64,000 bases of DNA from an uncultured candidate division WWE3 bacterium. GTDB taxonomy: Bacteria > Patescibacteriota > WWE3 > UBA101185 > UBA10185. The stretch is from assembly GCA_963765125.1 (NCBI GenBank), contig CAVXUZ010000005.1, positions 33,596 through 97,595 on the forward strand, given 5' to 3'. How positions within the stretch are numbered: position 1 is the first letter of the stretch; the number at the start of each line of letters is the position of its first letter. Shown here in pieces: positions 10,175-19,528 of this stretch. Under the pieces are notes generated by a model. That model did not search any database. It was not told the origin of the DNA and saw only the letters and a program-made list of their open reading frames with translations. The translations under genes and the position numbers were made by a program.

Positions 10175-11230
10175 ATGCCAAGAGGTTCTGCCCGAAAAAA
10201 ATCTAAAAAACCCGTTAACAAACGCATTGAGAAAAAAATGCAAAAAGTTAGAAAAGTTGCAGTAGTAACTATTTTGTTTATGGTCGCAGCAACTTTTTTA
10301 AGCGGATATTTTATTTATAAAAGACTAAATTCCGAATTAGCATCAGCATTTTCCCCGTCAAGTTACAACATATTAGACCATGAAATATTTACAGTCGCAT
10401 ATTTAGAAGTAGATAATTTTCAAGATGAGCCGTTAAAAACAAAACGTGTAGAAATGTTAGTTTTTGATAAAAGTACACAAAAACTAGTGAAATATAACAT
10501 TCCTCTAAATTTGGAAATTGATGTACCCGGAAGATTTGGGGTTGAACCATTTAGCAACATATTGGCGATTGGGAAGATGGATAATAGCGAGTTATGTGTC
10601 GGTGCTAAAGTCGCCGTTGACTCACTTTTTAAGCTAATGGCGTACCCAGTTGATCGTTATGTGCTCGTTGAAGAGAGAACCGCCCCTTTGATAGACGGTG
10701 TTTTGAATGGTGAGTTACAGGCGAAAGCGATAGAAAGCGAGTTATTTCTAATTAAGGACTCCATAAAAACAAATATGTCGCTTAGGGAGTTATTTGACGC
10801 TTATTCTTTCGCCATGTCACTTCCTCGCGACCGCGTCATAACAAAGGAATATAGCATTTCTTACAGTGAAAACCCGCTTCTCTTAGACGAAGAATTTATG
10901 GATATTACCTTTGATACTGAGTTATCTAGAGAGGAGAAGAGCATCTCCATATTAAATGCTTCTGATTCTTCTGGAGTTGCAACATTGGGTGCCAGAGTTG
11001 TTAAAAACCTTAGCGGTAGGATAGTATCGGTTGGTAACGCGTCATCAACAAGAGAAAAAGGTGTAATTATTACAGACGATCTGACTTCTGAAACAACAAG
11101 AACTTTAATGAACGTATTTAACATAGAAGAAGTATTACTGGATTCTGATGCTGGAGAGTTTAATGAGAGTGAAATATCTCGTTCAGATGTAACAGTTATC
11201 CTCGGGATTGACTTTACAATATCGATGTAA
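10175..11230 (+). CDS. LCP-like protein with LytR C-terminal domain
   Basis: Basic N-terminus plus TM; C-terminal ILNAS..GVA...VGNA...DVTVILG.DF. Confidence 0.7.
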   Translation: MPRGSARKKSKKPVNKRIEKKMQKVRKVAVVTILFMVAATFLSGYFIYKRLNSELASAFSPSSYNILDHEIFTVAYLEVDNFQDEPLKTKRVEMLVFDKSTQKLVKYNIPLNLEIDVPGRFGVEPFSNILAIGKMDNSELCVGAKVAVDSLFKLMAYPVDRYVLVEERTAPLIDGVLNGELQAKAIESELFLIKDSIKTNMSLRELFDAYSFAMSLPRDRVITKEYSISYSENPLLLDEEFMDITFDTELSREEKSISILNASDSSGVATLGARVVKNLSGRIVSVGNASSTREKGVIITDDLTSETTRTLMNVFNIEEVLLDSDAGEFNESEISRSDVTVILGIDFTISM

Positions 11231-11331
11231 GATAATTTTGATACATGTCTCTCTCCTTTCCAGCACCCGCTCCATATTAGGGCGGGTGTTGTGTTGTCTA
11301 AAACCAGATTTAGGATTTAGATAGTGAGATT

Positions 11332-13857
11332 ATGAATATATTATTATTAACATTAGGAATATTTTTAGTTTTATTTGCAATATTTATTGTTTTTAAAAGA
11401 ACAGTAAGTGCTTCGCATTCCGAATCGTCTACAGGATCAAAACTCGAAATTTTAGAAATCAACATACTAAAGGCAGTTGAAACAGACGCAGATATTCATG
11501 CCTCGTCTCTTGCTGCAGAAAATATGTTTGCGTCGCTGCATGGGTTGCTTCGTGAAGACGCCGGTCATCAAGAGCATTTTTCGTTTGAAATTGTTGCTAG
11601 TAAAGAGTTGGGGCTTCGTTTTTACATTGCAGTACCAACAAATATAATTAAGTATATCGAGGGGCAGGTTTACGCTCAGTACCCATCAGCCCAGATAAAA
11701 GTAGTACAGGATTACGTAGGTCAGCTAGACTTTGAAAACTCAGTTTATGAGATTGCAACCTTAGGTCTTACTAAGCCAAATTATTTTCCGATAAAGTCGT
11801 ATAGAGACCTTGAAGTTGACCCATTATCGTCGATCACGTCTGTACTTTCTCAAGTTACAAACGATGAGACAATACTGCTGCAGTACCTTGTCAAACCAAT
11901 CGGAGACACATGGCAGGAAGAAGGACATAAATATGTAAACAACGTCAGATTAGGTTTAGACGTTCAAAAAAATGCGTCACTATTGAGCACTACTTTAAAA
12001 GCAGCTAGTACTGAGGCGATAGGAATCGCGGGTGGAATATTTACAGGCATGTTTAGATATAAAGAGCTGGATACTTATGCGAGTAAACCTCAAAAAGAGG
12101 TTGTTAGGCTTACTCAAACACAAGATACTCAAATAAAGGCAATCGAGGATAAACTTTCGCGTATGGGTTTTGAAGTAGAAATCCGCGTTGTGTCAGCTGC
12201 AAAGACGCTCGATCAGGCAGAAAACAGGCTAAGGTCATTGTTGGCGACATATCAACAAATATCGACAACGACGATTAATTCATTTAAATCAAAGTTGATT
12301 GTAAATAAAAGCTCACACTTAGAAAAAATTAAAAATAGAACGTTTGAACCAGAAAATGCTTTTGTACTGAATACTGATGAACTTGGCACAATCTACCATT
12401 TACCATCGGCAAATATTATTACGCCAAATATATCTTGGGTCTACTCAAGAAAAACAGAACCTCCTGCAAGTTTACCAACGAAAGATTGCGTTTATATTGG
12501 TGAAACAGTTTTTAGAAGTGAAAAAACTCGTTTTGGAATTACTGAGGGCGATGACCGCTTACGACACATGTATGTGATAGGGAAGTCAGGTACTGGAAAA
12601 TCAACTCTTTTTGAAGGAATGATCGCGCAAGACATTAAAAACGGTTACGGAGTTGGAATTTTAGATCCGCATGGAGAAACTATCGACAAAGTGTTAAATA
12701 GGATTCCTGATGAGAGGATTGATGATGTAATATATTTCGATCCCTCAGATACCGACCGTCCGATAGGCTTAAATTTGTTGCAGATTGATGACGCGTCGCA
12801 GAAAAATCTTTTAGCTTCTGGGCTGTTGTCAGCTATAAAACAGCACTTTGATTTTTCTTGGGGACCCAGATTAGAGTACCTTCTTAACTACGCGATTTTA
12901 ACGCTACTTGAAGTACCCGGAACCACGATGCTTGGTATTACAAGACTTCTAGAGGACCAAAATTATCAAAACTTTATACTTCACCAAGTAAAAGACCCTG
13001 TTGTTAAAAGATTTTGGAATGAAGAATTCAAACAGATGAAGGGCAACCAAAAACTCGTCACCGAGGCAATTGCACCTATTCAAAATAAAGTAAACAGATT
13101 TTTAGCTTCAAGCACAATCAGAAATATTCTTGGTCAGAAAAAATCTACTTTGGATATCAGCGACGCGATGAACAATGGAAAAATACTTTTAATAAACCTT
13201 TCAAAAGGAAAAATTGGTGCAGATAACGCTAACTTGCTTGGTGCACTCTTAGTTTCGAGAATTCAATTTTACGCACTTCAGCGTGCAAACATACCATATG
13301 AAAAGAGAAGACCTTTTTATCTCTATGTTGACGAGTTTCAGAATTTTGCCACAGGCAGTTTTGAAGAAATTCTTTCTGAATCGAGAAAATATAAATTGGG
13401 GTTGTATCTAACTCATCAGTTTACCGCACAGCTCCCTGAGGAGCTGCTCAAGGCTGTTTACGGTAACGTTGGTACTATCGCTACATTTTCACTAGGTGCG
13501 CCTGACGCAAAGGCGCTTGCGAACGAATTTGCCCCATACTTTACCGCAGAGGACATTATTTCGCTGGAAAGATTCGAAATGTATATAAAACTTATGATAA
13601 ATGGTATGACCTCTATACCATTTTCAGGGAGAATACTACTACCGTGGGTAAAAGACGAAGCTATAGCCCCTATTACAAGCAATAGAGAAAAAGCATTGGC
13701 TTTAAGTAGGCAGAAATACGGAGTTGACAAAGAGTATGTCGAAGAGAAAACAAGAAAATGGGTAGACACGAAATTTGACAAAGGTATGGCAATTGCGCTT
13801 GAATATAAGAGAGAGGGAGATGAAAATACAAATTTAGAAAAAGGAGACCAAATATGA
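11332..13857 (+). CDS. VirD4/TraD/HerA-like ATPase (type IV coupling-protein-like, common in CPR)
   Basis: RHMYVIGKSGTGKS Walker A, LDPHGE, LYVDEFQNF Walker B, ESRKYKL, HQF. Confidence 0.85.
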   Translation: MNILLLTLGIFLVLFAIFIVFKRTVSASHSESSTGSKLEILEINILKAVETDADIHASSLAAENMFASLHGLLREDAGHQEHFSFEIVASKELGLRFYIAVPTNIIKYIEGQVYAQYPSAQIKVVQDYVGQLDFENSVYEIATLGLTKPNYFPIKSYRDLEVDPLSSITSVLSQVTNDETILLQYLVKPIGDTWQEEGHKYVNNVRLGLDVQKNASLLSTTLKAASTEAIGIAGGIFTGMFRYKELDTYASKPQKEVVRLTQTQDTQIKAIEDKLSRMGFEVEIRVVSAAKTLDQAENRLRSLLATYQQISTTTINSFKSKLIVNKSSHLEKIKNRTFEPENAFVLNTDELGTIYHLPSANIITPNISWVYSRKTEPPASLPTKDCVYIGETVFRSEKTRFGITEGDDRLRHMYVIGKSGTGKSTLFEGMIAQDIKNGYGVGILDPHGETIDKVLNRIPDERIDDVIYFDPSDTDRPIGLNLLQIDDASQKNLLASGLLSAIKQHFDFSWGPRLEYLLNYAILTLLEVPGTTMLGITRLLEDQNYQNFILHQVKDPVVKRFWNEEFKQMKGNQKLVTEAIAPIQNKVNRFLASSTIRNILGQKKSTLDISDAMNNGKILLINLSKGKIGADNANLLGALLVSRIQFYALQRANIPYEKRRPFYLYVDEFQNFATGSFEEILSESRKYKLGLYLTHQFTAQLPEELLKAVYGNVGTIATFSLGAPDAKALANEFAPYFTAEDIISLERFEMYIKLMINGMTSIPFSGRILLPWVKDEAIAPITSNREKALALSRQKYGVDKEYVEEKTRKWVDTKFDKGMAIALEYKREGDENTNLEKGDQI

Positions 13858-14684
13858 ATCCTCAAGCACAAAACCATTTAGACGAGCTAAAGAAAAAACT
13901 AGCTCAAGTTGAGTCATTATTAATTTCAGCCAGAAAAAGTTTAGAAAAATTAGAACATGAGTATCTGAGACCAGATTATACTCAAGTTGAGGGAATGGTC
14001 GGAGTTTATGATGGAAAATATATGGTGGCTCAAGACGGTACTAAGATAGAAGTTCCATCAAATTATGCTGCAAAAACAAAATTGGTTTTTGGCGACACTT
14101 TAAAACAGATTGAAGAAGACGGAAAAAAGCTTTTTAAGCAGATCGAGCGCGTTGAGAGAGAAAAAGTTGAGGGCATAATGACAAAGAAAGAAGGGGAGTG
14201 GTACTTATTAACCGACAGAGGGTCGTACAAAGTATTAGACACCGCTGCCGATTTTCAAGGTGCAGAATTAAATAGTCAGGCGACAGCATTTGTACCCAAG
14301 AACAAGCTGGATTCACCATTTGCAACAATCGATATTATTGAAGGTTTTGGAAGAAAAGCAGAGCCAGAGAAGCCCCAAGCACCTGTTAAGCAAGAACCTA
14401 CTAAACAAGCGTCAACAAGACAAGCACCTTCTAAACAAGTGCCTGCAAAAGCAGAGTTACCGGCTAAAGTTAAGGAATCCCCGCAAGAAAAGCCTACCAA
14501 GACCGAAGAAAGAGAAAAAGCACCTGAAAAGAGCAGAAAACCTACCCAGAGTTACAAAAGAGAGAATAAACCGTCAATTTATAAGAAATCTGAAGCCGAA
14601 AAACCACAGCCTACAAATGAAGAAGTTGAGGAAAAACATACCCCAGCTAAAGAAATAGTGCTTGAAGCGGATGATTTAGTGTAA
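13854..14684 (+). CDS. Hypothetical protein with low-complexity charged C-terminal tail
   Basis: Translationally coupled to upstream ATPase; GVYDG...VPSNYAAKTKLV.GD core; P/K/E/Q-rich tail. Confidence 0.7.
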   Translation: MNPQAQNHLDELKKKLAQVESLLISARKSLEKLEHEYLRPDYTQVEGMVGVYDGKYMVAQDGTKIEVPSNYAAKTKLVFGDTLKQIEEDGKKLFKQIERVEREKVEGIMTKKEGEWYLLTDRGSYKVLDTAADFQGAELNSQATAFVPKNKLDSPFATIDIIEGFGRKAEPEKPQAPVKQEPTKQASTRQAPSKQVPAKAELPAKVKESPQEKPTKTEEREKAPEKSRKPTQSYKRENKPSIYKKSEAEKPQPTNEEVEEKHTPAKEIVLEADDLV

Positions 14685-14685
14685 A

Positions 14686-15369
14686 TTATTCTTCTTCTAT
14701 ATCGATACTTTCGGTTTCGGTAACGTCTAATTCAGGTTCGTCTAGAACATCCCTTTTCATAAAAGGTTTTTCTATTTGTTTTTCTGACCTGAAGATTGGA
14801 AATTTGCTCTGAAGCGCGATAACAACGCTTTCATCTTTTATTTTTATAACTTTGGCAGTAACGTGTTTATTGTCTTGTTTTGCTTTAAAGACAATGACGC
14901 TTGTTTCGTCTTTAATTTCTCCAAGATCTCTATCCTTTTCAGTATCTATAAAATTCAATTTTGTTTTGTTAATTCTTAAACCTAGCTCTTGGCCAATTTC
15001 AAGACTCTTTAAATACTTTTTCTCGGTTTTTAATTCAATCTGAACAGTTGTTCCTGGCTCTTTAATGTAGGCTTTTGTGAGTTTTGCAATATCTTTTCCT
15101 GCGACGTCGTCTTTTTTTTCAGCTGCGAGTTTATAGTTTTTTTGGGCGATTTTGTTAATGGGGTCTGCGTCGAGTATTTGCTTAAAGATCTTTTTTGCTT
15201 TTGCGTAATCCTTATTCATCAAGAGCGCACGGCCAAGTCTAATGGAAGCGTCCCTGTCATCTGGAATTTTCTCAAGGATCTCCCCATTTACCTTGATAGC
15301 TTCTTCCCAGTCTTGATTTAGGGCAGATGTGATAGCTTTTTTTTCTAACGCGCTAACGTTAAGTTGCAT
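14686..15369 (-). CDS. TPR-repeat protein
   Basis: AITSALNQDWEEAI...RLGRALL...AKKIF...DPINKIA TPR pattern; likely start ATG 15369. Confidence 0.75.
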   Translation of the reverse strand: MQLNVSALEKKAITSALNQDWEEAIKVNGEILEKIPDDRDASIRLGRALLMNKDYAKAKKIFKQILDADPINKIAQKNYKLAAEKKDDVAGKDIAKLTKAYIKEPGTTVQIELKTEKKYLKSLEIGQELGLRINKTKLNFIDTEKDRDLGEIKDETSVIVFKAKQDNKHVTAKVIKIKDESVVIALQSKFPIFRSEKQIEKPFMKRDVLDEPELDVTETESIDIEEE

Positions 15370-15405
15370 GAGTATGAACTTATCAAATATAAAACATTTG
15401 TCAAT

Positions 15406-15438
15406 AAAAAAGACCAAGTTTGTTTTTAAACTTGGTCT
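15406..15438 (-). terminator. Intrinsic terminator of the 81-aa ORF
   Basis: AGACCAAGTTT / AAACTTGGTCT stem followed by a T tract on minus. Confidence 0.7.
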
Positions 15439-15445
15439 AGTTTTG

Positions 15446-15691
15446 TTAGGAAGTCTGATGACCAACCCAACCATTCTTTCGACTTATTTCACTGATATCC
15501 TTTCTATCATGTTCAATAAGCTTTTTAACTATGCTTCTCGCCTTATCGAAGTTCTGTGCCCAGACTTTTACTGCTACGGTGTATGTAGTGATCACCCGGT
15601 TTTGACTGTCCAGTTTTTTAGCCGTTGCAAAGATAGTAAACTTGCGCTTACCCCCGCGCCGTTGTATTTCATCAAATCTGCTATTTGACAT
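15446..15691 (-). CDS. Small basic hypothetical protein (81 aa)
   Basis: SD AAGGAG, upstream TTGAAC-N17-TATATT, own terminator. Confidence 0.6.
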   Translation of the reverse strand: MSNSRFDEIQRRGGKRKFTIFATAKKLDSQNRVITTYTVAVKVWAQNFDKARSIVKKLIEHDRKDISEISRKNGWVGHQTS

Positions 15692-15792
15692 ATCTTTTAC
15701 TCCTTTACTTTGGATTTAATGCCAGATCTTGATGGGGTTTTGCCCAATATACACCTAAACCAACCGCTGTTCAATGTGGTAAGATATCAAAT

Positions 15793-16338
15793 ATGAGTGG
15801 GCATTCAAAATGGCACAACATTAAAAGACAAAAAGGTCTTAATGACGCTAAAAAAGGCCAAACATTTTCAAAGTTGGCTAGGTTAATTACCATCGCTGCA
15901 AAACAAGGCGGTGGGGATCCTAATAGTAATGCAGCACTCAGGTTGGCAGTTCAAAAAGCAAAAGACGAGAGGATGCCAAAAGAAAATATCGAAAGAGCAA
16001 TTAAAAAAGGTACAGGTGAATTATCAGGAGAAAGCTACGAAGAAGTTGTATACGAGGCGTTTGGGCCCTTTGGAGGCGCTTTTGTGTTGGCTTGTGTTAC
16101 AGACAATATAAACAGAACCGTGTCTGAACTAAGAGCTCTTTTTAACAAAAATGGTGGTAGTTTAGGTACAAAAGGTAGTGCTGCATACATATTCAATACA
16201 CCAGACAAACAACCGAGTTTTTTTATTGACATAACAACAGAGGACGCAGCAGAAAAGATTGATAGTATTATCGAACTTTTAGAGGATAACGAAGATATAC
16301 AAGAGATCTTACATAATTATAAATTTCCAGAAGCATAA
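15793..16338 (+). CDS. yebC: YebC/PmpR family protein (short form)
   Basis: MSGHSKWHNIK, MPKENIERAI, YE..GP.G, TDN.NRT; adjacent to ruvC. Confidence 0.93.
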   Translation: MSGHSKWHNIKRQKGLNDAKKGQTFSKLARLITIAAKQGGGDPNSNAALRLAVQKAKDERMPKENIERAIKKGTGELSGESYEEVVYEAFGPFGGAFVLACVTDNINRTVSELRALFNKNGGSLGTKGSAAYIFNTPDKQPSFFIDITTEDAAEKIDSIIELLEDNEDIQEILHNYKFPEA

Positions 16339-16340
16339 AA

Positions 16341-16814
16341 ATGATAATACTAGGAATTGATCCGGGTACAGCGAGCATGGGTTATGGAATTATTAAAGTG
16401 GAAAAAGACGGCCCAGTACTAAAAGGGCATGGTGTAATAAAAACCAGCGCAGACGCTTTAATGCAAAAACGCCTTGAGGTGTTGTACTCAAATTTAATTG
16501 ATATTTCAAAAGAATATAAACCAAATATAATGTCGATTGAGAGATTATTTTTTAACACTAACGCTAAGACCGCGATGACAGTTGGTCAGGCAAGGGGAGT
16601 CGCGATGCTTGCTGCGGCACATAGCGGGCTTGAAATAGTAGAGTATACTGCGCTTCAGGCTAAAATGGAGTTGACTGGTTACGGCAGAGCTGACAAAAAG
16701 CAAATGCAGGAGGCAGTTAAAAAGATCATTGGTCTAAGCGTGCCTATTAAATCAGATGATGCAAACGACGGTGTAGCAATGGCGCTATGCCACTATTTTA
16801 AATCGTCAAAGTAA
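16341..16814 (+). CDS. ruvC: Holliday junction resolvase RuvC
   Basis: ILGIDPG, ERLFF, VGQARGV, GYGRADK.Q, DD..D..A.A. Confidence 0.96.
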   Translation: MIILGIDPGTASMGYGIIKVEKDGPVLKGHGVIKTSADALMQKRLEVLYSNLIDISKEYKPNIMSIERLFFNTNAKTAMTVGQARGVAMLAAAHSGLEIVEYTALQAKMELTGYGRADKKQMQEAVKKIIGLSVPIKSDDANDGVAMALCHYFKSSK

Positions 16815-16815
16815 T

Positions 16816-17610
16816 ATGCATATAGATATAACAAGAAGACAAAGATTTTTTATTTTTACAGCAGCTCTTTCAGTACTTGTATATTTTTATTTAAAGCAGC
16901 TTCCTCAGATAAATATTCCACTAATTGCAATAATTGGTCTTTTAATACCGGTTGGATCATTTTGGGCGCATAGCCCTAATTCAAGAATATTAAATATAAT
17001 TGTGACAAGTATTACACCGATGGCTTTAGCCGGAGGGTATATGTTATCGATGGCATTTTTTCCAAACTTCAGTAACATATTTAAGATTGCCTCGATTGTA
17101 GTCTTTGCAAATATTTTCTACATCTTGTTATTAGTAAACAATGTATTTTTAGTGGTTGAAAGTAGGAAAGAGCCAATTCCGCTTTTTAGGGTGGCAATTA
17201 CTTGGAGTAAAATTCTGATTGCCGCGGTGGCGATTCCACTGTTGGCGGGGGTGTTTAAAATATCTGTAAACTCATTTTTTGAAGCTGGCATAACAACAGG
17301 TCTTTCGTTGTTATTTTTCATATATTTAACGTGGGCATTAAGACACGACACTGATGTTAAAACTTACAAAATAGGGGAGATTGCAGCCATTGTCGCCTTT
17401 GGCAGCTTTATGGTAACTGTAGCAAGTATTTCAGTCTCATTTATTCCTACTGAGACATTCCTAAGGGCTATGTATGTCGCATCAATTTTAATATTTGGTA
17501 TAAGTTACTTTGAGGCGCATCTAAAGAATTCCATCACAAAAAAACTAATTAATGAGCATATTGCAATCTCATTATTATTTTTAATATTACTTTTTGTATT
17601 TAAACCATAA
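16816..17610 (+). CDS. Multi-pass membrane hypothetical protein
   Basis: About 9 hydrophobic segments; operonic with ruvC. Confidence 0.75.
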   Translation: MHIDITRRQRFFIFTAALSVLVYFYLKQLPQINIPLIAIIGLLIPVGSFWAHSPNSRILNIIVTSITPMALAGGYMLSMAFFPNFSNIFKIASIVVFANIFYILLLVNNVFLVVESRKEPIPLFRVAITWSKILIAAVAIPLLAGVFKISVNSFFEAGITTGLSLLFFIYLTWALRHDTDVKTYKIGEIAAIVAFGSFMVTVASISVSFIPTETFLRAMYVASILIFGISYFEAHLKNSITKKLINEHIAISLLFLILLFVFKP

Positions 17611-17848
17611 GCACAATCCGCTACAACAGCAACATTAAAGAAGGGGAGAGGGAAGTGAAAATACTCGAAACCTAGCAACCTATAGTATGCATTGCTAACA
17701 AATTGCGACGTAACCCTATAGTACTATGAACGTTTGTCATAAACTGCAACATATATTGCAGTATATTTTGGTGTTTATCTGGTCTACTGTGCAATAAACG
17801 TTGTAGTATACTGTCAAATATATTACAGCAGCAACATATAGTAAGAGT

Positions 17849-18342
17849 GTCATAGAGGGGGTAGGGGTGGTGTGGATAAGTCTGAGGTGCATTTAGAAAT
17901 GCAATTTAAATTCAACAGCCAAACATGGCGAAACGCTGAATAATTAATTTAATTAATAATAAATAGAGAATATATATGCTCGAAATAGACAGGAATTGAC
18001 TGCAAGACCCATCTCCACCTCTTTCCCCCCGAATAGATCTGGAAAGTGGATGACAAAGGCATCTTATATCAAGAACGTCGTTAAACATACATTATACGAC
18101 GTTACCAATCTATATAAAACAGGCACTCTCCTCAAGTATTCATCTCTTATTTTATTCAAGTCACTTGCCTTCTCTTTTTACTTCTCAATTCACTTGCAAT
18201 GTTTTTATAGTTGCCTATTGCAATCTCTTTATTCAATTTCAGTCGCATTTAAATTAATAATTTTTCAGCACAATTCCCTTGCAATTTCCGAATGATTTTT
18301 TGCTACATGTCTTTCTAAGTCTTTTAACTCCCCCTCTATGAC
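17849..18342. repeat. 13-bp inverted repeat pair GTCATAGAGGGGG (17849-17861 / 18330-18342)
   Basis: Read directly; nearly symmetric about the palindrome at 18072-18105. Confidence 0.7.
18072..18105. other. loxP/dif-like tyrosine recombinase site
   Basis: Minus strand GTAACGTCGTATAATGTATGTTTAACGACGTTCT: inverted arms around a TGTATG core, 27/34 identical to loxP by manual alignment, about 360 bp upstream of a tyrosine recombinase. Confidence 0.7.
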
Positions 18343-18468
18343 TTACAAGTGTGCTTTATGTATAATAGGGGTACAGGAGAAACACGTCGCATCTGTTATA
18401 CGTTGTACTGACGATATAAAACGCCTGTGACGTCACAGAATGCCCTGTGAGCTCTCCTACAAAAAATC

Positions 18469-19506
18469 ATGAGTAAAGTATCATCAAACACAAGTCTGAG
18501 TGAAGCACTAGTCAAATATTTAGAGTTTTGCGAGATAGATCGCAACCTTTCCCAAAACACAATTAAGATGTATCACTTTTACCTCGAAGATTTTAATTCG
18601 TGGATAAGAGATTATTTGCAAAAAGAAGAAGTGTTACTATCTGACATCGACGGCGATCTGGTTAAAAAATATCGCGTATACCTAAACAGACGAATTAGTT
18701 CAAAATCTGACCAAGAGTACAAAAGATCAACACAAAACACTTTCTTAGTGGCGATAAGAGCCTTTTTAAAGTACTTAGTGGTTGAAGAAGAGCTCGAAAT
18801 ATTTCCACCAGATCAGATTATATTAGGTAAAGCAGAGGGCAGTATGCCTAAAGTGTTAAATGACGAGCAGTTATCAAGGCTTTTTCAGGTACAGAACCTA
18901 AATAGACTCTCTGGTGTTAGGGATCGCGCAATACTAGAGACCTTTTTTAGTACCGGACTGCGCGTATCAGAACTGAGATCCCTCAATATTGACGATATAA
19001 ATCCAGAGACGGGCGAATTTACTATTATTGGTAAGGGTAGAAAGGTTAGAACTGTTTATTTAAGCGACAGCGCAAAGAGCTGGCTAGGAAGATATATTGC
19101 ATCAAGACGCGATAATTTTAGACCGTTGTTTATTAGGTACTCGGGTAGAAAAATGACGGAAAATGACTTTACAGGTGAATCTTTGCGCATCACACCAAGG
19201 AGTATTCAAAGGTTACTTAAAAAGTACGTGATTAGAGCTGGTATATCTGTTGATGCCACGCCACATACACTTCGTCATACTTTTGCAACCGGGCTACTTA
19301 AAGAAGGCGCTGATTTACGCTCAGTTCAGGAATTACTAGGACACTCCAACGTTTCTACGACACAGATATATACGCACGTTACAAATAAGCAACTGAAGGA
19401 TACCCACAAGAAGTTTCATAGAGACCTCTACCCCTCTGAATCCCCTAACGAAAGCCTTTCCACTTTGTCAGAAGAAGAAGAAGATTCTGTGTCTTCAATT
19501 GCTTAA
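18469..19506 (+). CDS. XerC/XerD(XerA)-like tyrosine recombinase
   Basis: N-terminal SAM-like domain; catalytic R (GLRVSE), K (GKGRK), HTLRH, LLGH, TTQIY. Confidence 0.93.
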   Translation: MSKVSSNTSLSEALVKYLEFCEIDRNLSQNTIKMYHFYLEDFNSWIRDYLQKEEVLLSDIDGDLVKKYRVYLNRRISSKSDQEYKRSTQNTFLVAIRAFLKYLVVEEELEIFPPDQIILGKAEGSMPKVLNDEQLSRLFQVQNLNRLSGVRDRAILETFFSTGLRVSELRSLNIDDINPETGEFTIIGKGRKVRTVYLSDSAKSWLGRYIASRRDNFRPLFIRYSGRKMTENDFTGESLRITPRSIQRLLKKYVIRAGISVDATPHTLRHTFATGLLKEGADLRSVQELLGHSNVSTTQIYTHVTNKQLKDTHKKFHRDLYPSESPNESLSTLSEEEEDSVSSIA

Positions 19507-19528
19507 AAATTCCCTATTTTGGCCGGTG

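Noticed and set aside
17871-17977. oriC (perfect DnaA box TGTGGATAA at 17871-17879 plus an AT-rich stretch)
   Set aside because: Only one perfect box and no dnaA/dnaN nearby; the local skew runs G-rich to C-rich and genes converge, which fits a terminus better.
17996-18295. 99-aa ORF from the track
   Set aside because: TTG start without SD, no recognisable motif, overlaps the recombination-site palindrome; likely spurious.
18469-19506. Prophage/ICE integrase
   Set aside because: Flanked by housekeeping genes; no phage or conjugation genes and no att duplication seen.
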